A program made the position numbers and the translations under genes. A DNA stretch of 20,709 nt, taken from the NCBI GenBank assembly GCA_034190465.1, contig JAXINV010000026.1:12836-33544 (forward strand), in the 5' to 3' direction. How positions within the stretch are numbered: the first letter of the stretch is position 1; every line of letters begins with the position of its first letter. The notes beneath the pieces are model-generated. The model had not been told where the DNA came from. It saw only the letters and a program-made list of their open reading frames with translations, and made no database searches. This DNA is from Candidatus Asbonarchaeum danakilense (GTDB taxonomy: Archaea; Nanohalarchaeota; Nanosalinia; Nanosalinales; Nanoanaerosalinaceae). This document shows, in pieces, positions 16,114-20,709 of the stretch.

Positions 16114-16410
16114 ATGGGGAAGATACGACGATTGGTTCTGGATGTGATGAAGCCGCATGACCCGTCGATGCTCGAAGTGGCTGAGCGTGTCTCTGAGGAG
16201 GAGAGCGTTGGCGGTGTCAATGCCAGCATGTACGAGGTCGATGAGAAGGTGGAAAACATCAAGATGACGGTTGAGGGGAAGGACGTCGATTTTTCTGCCG
16301 TCAGGACTGTGATTGAGGATATGGGTGGGTCGGTCCACTCTGTAGACGAAGCTATCTGTGGCGGTGACGTTGTCGAGGAGAGCAAGACCCCGCAGGACTA
16401 TTCTTCCTGA
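16114..16410 (+). CDS. DUF211 family protein
   Basis: IRRLVLDVMKPHDP..GVN..EVD..NIKMTVEG..IEDMGGSVHSVDE..G. GGAGTGA SD overlapping the upstream stop supports ATG 16114. Confidence 0.92.
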   Translation: MGKIRRLVLDVMKPHDPSMLEVAERVSEEESVGGVNASMYEVDEKVENIKMTVEGKDVDFSAVRTVIEDMGGSVHSVDEAICGGDVVEESKTPQDYSS

Positions 16411-16452
16411 GTGGCGTGAAGATTCTTTAACTGGGTCCACCCACAGGGGTAT

Positions 16453-16995
16453 ATGGAGCTTGATGACGTTGAAGCGCTGTTCGTGCTGCCGACCAGTGGA
16501 GTGGAGGATGAAGAGATCAATGGGGTTGTCCGTGTCTTCGAAACGTACGGTATCTCCATCACCTATGCGACGCTGTCCGGTGAGGAGGTGCACGCTAGGG
16601 AAGGCCTGTTTCTTGTTCCTGATGCCGCTCTTCCTGATGTCGATATCACGTCGTTCGACATCCTGGTTGTGAGCGGCTGTAGCGGGTCGGAAGGGGAGCT
16701 GACGGATCCTGCACTGCGTGAAGCGGTGGTGACGGCACGGGAGGAGGATCTTGTCATCGGGTCGGTGTGTATGGCGACCAGGGTCCTGGCCGGGTTCGGG
16801 CTGCTGGAGGAGAAACAGGTCGCGGTGCCGTCGGGGCTCCAGCTCGGGATCGTGGATGAAGTCGGTGAGGTTGTGGAGGGGAAGGTCGCCCGATCCGGTA
16901 GGATGTTTACGGGTTCAAGCGGGGAGGTGGCGGAGGAGGTGGCGCAGGAGATTGTTGAGTTTGTGATACACGGCCGGGAACATGGGACGCTGTAA
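16453..16995 (+). CDS. DJ-1/PfpI family protein
   Basis: GVEDEE, VPDAAL..FDILVVSG, IGSVCMA (nucleophile-elbow Cys), GLLEEK; TTTAA ~23 nt upstream. Confidence 0.85.
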   Translation: MELDDVEALFVLPTSGVEDEEINGVVRVFETYGISITYATLSGEEVHAREGLFLVPDAALPDVDITSFDILVVSGCSGSEGELTDPALREAVVTAREEDLVIGSVCMATRVLAGFGLLEEKQVAVPSGLQLGIVDEVGEVVEGKVARSGRMFTGSSGEVAEEVAQEIVEFVIHGREHGTL

Positions 16996-16998
16996 GAA

Positions 16999-17505
16999 TC
17001 ATTCGAAGCTGAGGCTGAACTCCTCCCCGGTCAGCTGCTTGACGATGTTACGGAACTCGTCGGTGCTGATCGGGACGCGCGGCCTGTCCTCTTCTGCGAC
17101 GACGACCTTTTTCTCGGTGCCGTCGGGCTTGTAGACGGTGTTGATCCCCTGGACCTCGACGGGTTCGAGCAGGTTCTCGATGACCTCTTCCGGCTCGCCT
17201 GCGTCCTCGACGACCCTGATCGATGTGTCGAAGTGTTCTGCCAGTTTCTTGACGACCTCGCCGTTCTTCCCGACGACGCGCGGGCCGTCGCCTTTGGCGG
17301 TCACGATGAGGATGGCGTCGGAGACACGCCTGACCTCCTTGATCGTGATGTCCTCAAGGGTCGGGATGTCCTGGCTGAGGTCGTACAGCAGCCTGGATGC
17401 TTCGACAGCCTCTTCTGTTAGTTCGCCGTCTTCCTTCTTCTGCTTGCACCCGTTACAGAGGATGTCGTCGCTTTCCAGACAGATGCTGCAGAGAGGAGTT
17501 TCCAT
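16999..17505 (-). CDS. Archaeal NusA-like KH-domain protein with N-terminal Zn finger
   Basis: PLCSICLESDDILCNGC (CxxC...CxxC), KH loop VVGKNGEVVKKL, IRVVE, LLEPVEVQGINTVY. Confidence 0.85.
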   Translation of the reverse strand: METPLCSICLESDDILCNGCKQKKEDGELTEEAVEASRLLYDLSQDIPTLEDITIKEVRRVSDAILIVTAKGDGPRVVGKNGEVVKKLAEHFDTSIRVVEDAGEPEEVIENLLEPVEVQGINTVYKPDGTEKKVVVAEEDRPRVPISTDEFRNIVKQLTGEEFSLSFE

Positions 17506-17581
17506 GCTTGCTCAAGAGTTGGAGGGTAAAACTTTTTAATTAAATCGATGTTGCCGGCGCTGCTTGCCGGGGCCGGAGGGG

Positions 17582-18235
17582 TCAGTGGTGGCGGCCGTGT
17601 CTGTCGTCCTCGTCCTCCTCCGGTTCCTCACTGCTCTCCGGTTCTGCGGTGATGAGATCGACCCACTTCAGCGGCTGGAGGAGCCCTGTCTGGATGGCGG
17701 CACCGGTGATGGCGATGGCGTAGAACGGGGTTGGCCAGATCTGGAACAGGTTGGCTGTGCTGATCGTTACATCAGGGTTCATGTACATTGTGAGGCCTAG
17801 CGAGGCCATGTATGCACCGAGGATGGCGGTGATGAACTTGACGGCGTACTTGAACATTTTCCAGGTGACGACGGCGCTGAACATGCTGATGATGGTGAGC
17901 TTGGGAGAGAAGAAGGAGCTCTGTGCGGACAGCACCATGCCGGCGAGTGTCGACCCGGCGATGGAGCCGAGGAAGCTGACGAACAGCCGTTCCATCTTGG
18001 TGGCGATGAAGCTGCCGACGATGCCTGACATGACGATGAAGAGGATTGTCATGACAAGGGTGCTGGTCGCTGAAATCTTAATCACGCCGAAGTAGACGAG
18101 GGCGCCGACGACTGCTGCCCCGACGACGAAGCCGACGATCTCGAGGAAGAAGTGGTGCACCCAGTAGCCGGCGTAGGCGGCGACGAGGCCACCGGCGATG
18201 AGGAACAGGACAAGGGTCGGGGCGAGTCCGGCCAT
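17582..18235 (-). CDS. Polytopic membrane protein (DUF4203-like)
   Basis: About seven Gly-rich hydrophobic segments (AYAGYW..VGFVVG..FLGSIAG..TAILGAY) and an acidic tail; TTTAA (minus) ~24 nt upstream. Family assignment tentative. Confidence 0.78.
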   Translation of the reverse strand: MAGLAPTLVLFLIAGGLVAAYAGYWVHHFFLEIVGFVVGAAVVGALVYFGVIKISATSTLVMTILFIVMSGIVGSFIATKMERLFVSFLGSIAGSTLAGMVLSAQSSFFSPKLTIISMFSAVVTWKMFKYAVKFITAILGAYMASLGLTMYMNPDVTISTANLFQIWPTPFYAIAITGAAIQTGLLQPLKWVDLITAEPESSEEPEEDEDDRHGRHH

Positions 18236-18271
18236 GCAGGTATGTAGGTATGCCTCGGATTAAAGCGTTTC

Positions 18272-18304
18272 CCCGCGAAGCCACGCTTTTTAACGCTTCG
18301 CGGG
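18272..18304. promoter_or_regulatory. Perfect 10-bp inverted repeat enclosing the ychF TATA box
   Basis: CCCGCGAAGC (18272-18281) and GCTTCGCGGG (18295-18304) flank CACGCTTTTTAAC. Confidence 0.5.
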
Positions 18305-18316
18305 CAATTCGGCTGC

Positions 18317-19495
18317 ATGGAACTGGGTATCGTCGGCAAGCCGAACACGGGGAAGTCGACGCTGTTCAAGGCGATCACGCGGAAGGACATCGAGGCGGCG
18401 AACTACCCGTTCACGACGATCGAGCCGAACCGTGGCGTGGCGTTCGCGTCGACACAGTGTCCCTGCCAGGAGCTGGACGTGGACTGCGACCCGAACGGCA
18501 GGTGCGTCGACGGGACCCGGTTCGTGCCGGTGAACGTGCTGGACATCGCGGGCCTAGTCCCGGGCGCGTCGGAGGGCAAAGGTATGGGCAACGAGTTCCT
18601 GGACGCGGTCCGGGAGGCTGACGCGCTGATCCACGTGCTGGACTGTGCGGGGAAGACGAATGCGAAGGGCGAGCCGGCGGAGGACTACGACCCGGTGCAG
18701 GACGTGACGTTCGTGGAGGATGAGTTCGATGCATGGATGGAGCAGGTGCTCCGCGATGGCTGGGAGTCGGCTGTCCGGTCGTTCCGGTCGAGCGATGCCG
18801 GGCTGGACGAGTTCCTGGCCGAGCAGCTGTCGGGCCTGGGTGTGAAGCGGGAGCACGTGCAGGACGCGCTCCGCACGGTCGATGTCCCGGAGCAGCCGGA
18901 TGCGTGGGAGGAGGACGATTTTGCGGGGTTCGTCGAGGCGGTGCGGCGGGAGGCGAAGCCGGCGCTGTTCGCGTGCAATAAGATAGACCTGCCGGGTGCG
19001 GATGAGAATCTTGAGCGGCTCCGCGAGGAGCATCCGTCGCTGCGGTTCGTGCCGATCTCTGCTGCTGCCGAGCTGACGCTGCGGAGGGCGGCTGAGGCAG
19101 GGAAGATCGACTACGTGCCGGGTGCGGATGACTTCGAGATCGTTGCCGATCTGGACGAGGAGCAGGAGCAGGGACTGGAGCGGATCCGGTCGGCGGTGCT
19201 GCAGCAGTACGGCGGGACGGGAGTGCAGCGGCTGATCGACGAGGCGCTGTTCGAGCTCCTGGAGCGGATTGTCGTGTATCCGGTGGAAGACACGGGAAAA
19301 TATGCCAACCAGGAGGGCGATGTGCTGCCGGACGCGGTCCTGGTGGAGAAGGGGGCGACACCGGTAGACCTCGCGTACGCGATCCACTCGGACATCGGTG
19401 ACAGCTATGTCAAGGCGGTCGATGCCAGGACCGGACAGGCGCTGGGCAAGGACCACGAGCTGGAGAACGGGGACGTTGTGAAGATCGTGACGTGA
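18317..19495 (+). CDS. ychF: Archaeal YchF/Obg-family translation-associated NTPase with TGS domain
   Basis: GKPNTGKST, ANYPFTTIEPN, CPC..C..C insert, DIAGLVPGA, NKID, VLPDA..LAYAIHSDIG..LENGDVVKI. Confidence 0.95.
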   Translation: MELGIVGKPNTGKSTLFKAITRKDIEAANYPFTTIEPNRGVAFASTQCPCQELDVDCDPNGRCVDGTRFVPVNVLDIAGLVPGASEGKGMGNEFLDAVREADALIHVLDCAGKTNAKGEPAEDYDPVQDVTFVEDEFDAWMEQVLRDGWESAVRSFRSSDAGLDEFLAEQLSGLGVKREHVQDALRTVDVPEQPDAWEEDDFAGFVEAVRREAKPALFACNKIDLPGADENLERLREEHPSLRFVPISAAAELTLRRAAEAGKIDYVPGADDFEIVADLDEEQEQGLERIRSAVLQQYGGTGVQRLIDEALFELLERIVVYPVEDTGKYANQEGDVLPDAVLVEKGATPVDLAYAIHSDIGDSYVKAVDARTGQALGKDHELENGDVVKIVT

Positions 19496-19501
19496 CTGGT
19501 C

Positions 19502-20707
19502 TCAGTGCGGGTCGAAGCAGACGACGCCGTAGACGTCGTGGGATGTTCTCTGAACGTCGTAAATGTCGGCGGCTGCGCAGTCATCAACGCCCGGCCCCAT
19601 ACAGTGCCCGTTGCCGTCGGTGATGACAGAACGGACGCCGCTGTTCCATCCCTCGTCGTTGACCTCGTTGTCCCCGGCGGAGATACCCCAGCACATGCCG
19701 CCCGGGGTGCCGTCGCCGCTCCACCAGTCGTCGTCCATCCGGTTCGGGACGTCGAACTCGATGCGGTACTTGCTGCTTCCGTAGTTGTGGATGCAGGTGA
19801 CGTTGCTGCCTGTACCACCGGTCCCGCAGTTGGTGTTGCCGCTGGCCGGGAAGCTGCCGACGTCGCCGGTGACGCCGCCGCTGGTCCGGAAGGTGCCGGT
19901 GTCCAGGGAGACCTGACCCCACCAGTAGTTGCCGCGGTTCTCGATATCGTTCCCGTTCATGGTGAGGTTGCCGCTTGTGATCCGGAGTGATCCCTGTTCG
20001 ATAGAGAGGCCGTTGGCGTTGTTGCCGCCGGCACGGTCATCGAAGGTTACCCAGCCGTCGTTGTCATCATAGAATCCACCATCATCCGATATAGTGACCC
20101 CGTTGCCATTGCTGTTGCCTTTACCCGTGACGACACGATAGGTTTTGATTGTGTTGACATCGTTGATGCTGTTGCCGTACATGTTGATGCCGCCGTTGGC
20201 GTCGAACCGCATGACGACGTTGCCCTGGTTGTCCTGGAAGTAGAGGTTGCGTGGATAGCCGCCGAGGCCGCCGTCGGCGAGGACCCAGGAGGTCTGCCAG
20301 TCGCTGAGGTTCCCGATCGGGTCGCGGCCGACTTCGTTCGTGCCGATGCCGATGGACTGGCCAGTACCGCCGGCGAGCAGACCGCCGTCGGCATTGATGT
20401 TCCCGACATTCCGGATGTTGTTGCCGTTCATGTCGAGGTTGCCGTTGGGGATGTCGATGGTGCCGGTGTTGTCGTTGAGGCGCAGGACGGTGGTGGCATC
20501 GTTGTTCCAGAAGCGGAGGTCTTTGTCATCGAACCGGAGTGTGTACTGGCTGGCTCCGCCGCCCGGCTGGAAGAAGATGGAATCTCCGCTCGGTTCGATA
20601 AACACCTCGTTCACATTATAGATATCCTGCCCCGACATGTTGATGTTGTAGCTTCCGGCGCTGTTGCCGGCGCCAAGGACGCTTTGCAGGTCGCTGGAGA
20701 CGGAGGA
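19502..20707 (-). CDS. Asn/Gly-rich repetitive fibre/adhesin-like surface protein, 5'-truncated by the window
   Basis: Frame stays open upstream of ATG 20638 to the window edge (SSVSSDLQSVLGAGNSAGSYNIN-M). Four (L/I)xMxGxxIxN/D-type repeats; six-Cys C-terminal domain. Confidence 0.8.
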   Translation of the reverse strand, partial: SSVSSDLQSVLGAGNSAGSYNINMSGQDIYNVNEVFIEPSGDSIFFQPGGGASQYTLRFDDKDLRFWNNDATTVLRLNDNTGTIDIPNGNLDMNGNNIRNVGNINADGGLLAGGTGQSIGIGTNEVGRDPIGNLSDWQTSWVLADGGLGGYPRNLYFQDNQGNVVMRFDANGGINMYGNSINDVNTIKTYRVVTGKGNSNGNGVTISDDGGFYDDNDGWVTFDDRAGGNNANGLSIEQGSLRITSGNLTMNGNDIENRGNYWWGQVSLDTGTFRTSGGVTGDVGSFPASGNTNCGTGGTGSNVTCIHNYGSSKYRIEFDVPNRMDDDWWSGDGTPGGMCWGISAGDNEVNDEGWNSGVRSVITDGNGHCMGPGVDDCAAADIYDVQRTSHDVYGVVCFDPH

Positions 20708-20709
20708 AG

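Noticed and set aside
19502..19900. Fibre C-terminus as a diversity-generating retroelement target
   Set aside because: No template repeat or reverse transcriptase in the window.

Overview
GC-rich archaeal chromosomal segment with a strongly acidic proteome, dense gene packing and many apparently leaderless TATA-driven genes. The divergent ribosomal proteins and gene content fit an extreme halophile of the DPANN/Nanohaloarchaeota type better than Halobacteria (inference). Translation genes: the conserved rps19e-PDCD5-rpl39e-rpl31e-aIF6 cluster (rpl39e is absent from the ORF track), rpl15e with a structured leader, and ychF. Nucleotide and DNA repair genes: uridine kinase, an overlapping HIT hydrolase/nucleotidyltransferase pair, DUF763, an AAG/MPG glycosylase and the Lhr helicase-metallophosphoesterase pair. 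Others: thioredoxin, a cryptic Hsp20-like gene, a coiled-coil-type histone, FAD synthase, DUF211, a DJ-1/PfpI protein, a NusA-like Zn/KH protein, and the 3' part of an Asn/Gly-rich fibre/adhesin-like gene. No tRNA, rRNA, CRISPR or transposase was seen. Most notable: (i) the same ~50-aa helical module is appended both to ribosomal protein eL31 and to a small membrane protein 13.5 kb away; (ii) the non-canonical histone; (iii) the modular fibre-like surface protein with a patch of different codon usage; (iv) structured leaders upstream of rps19e and rpl15e.
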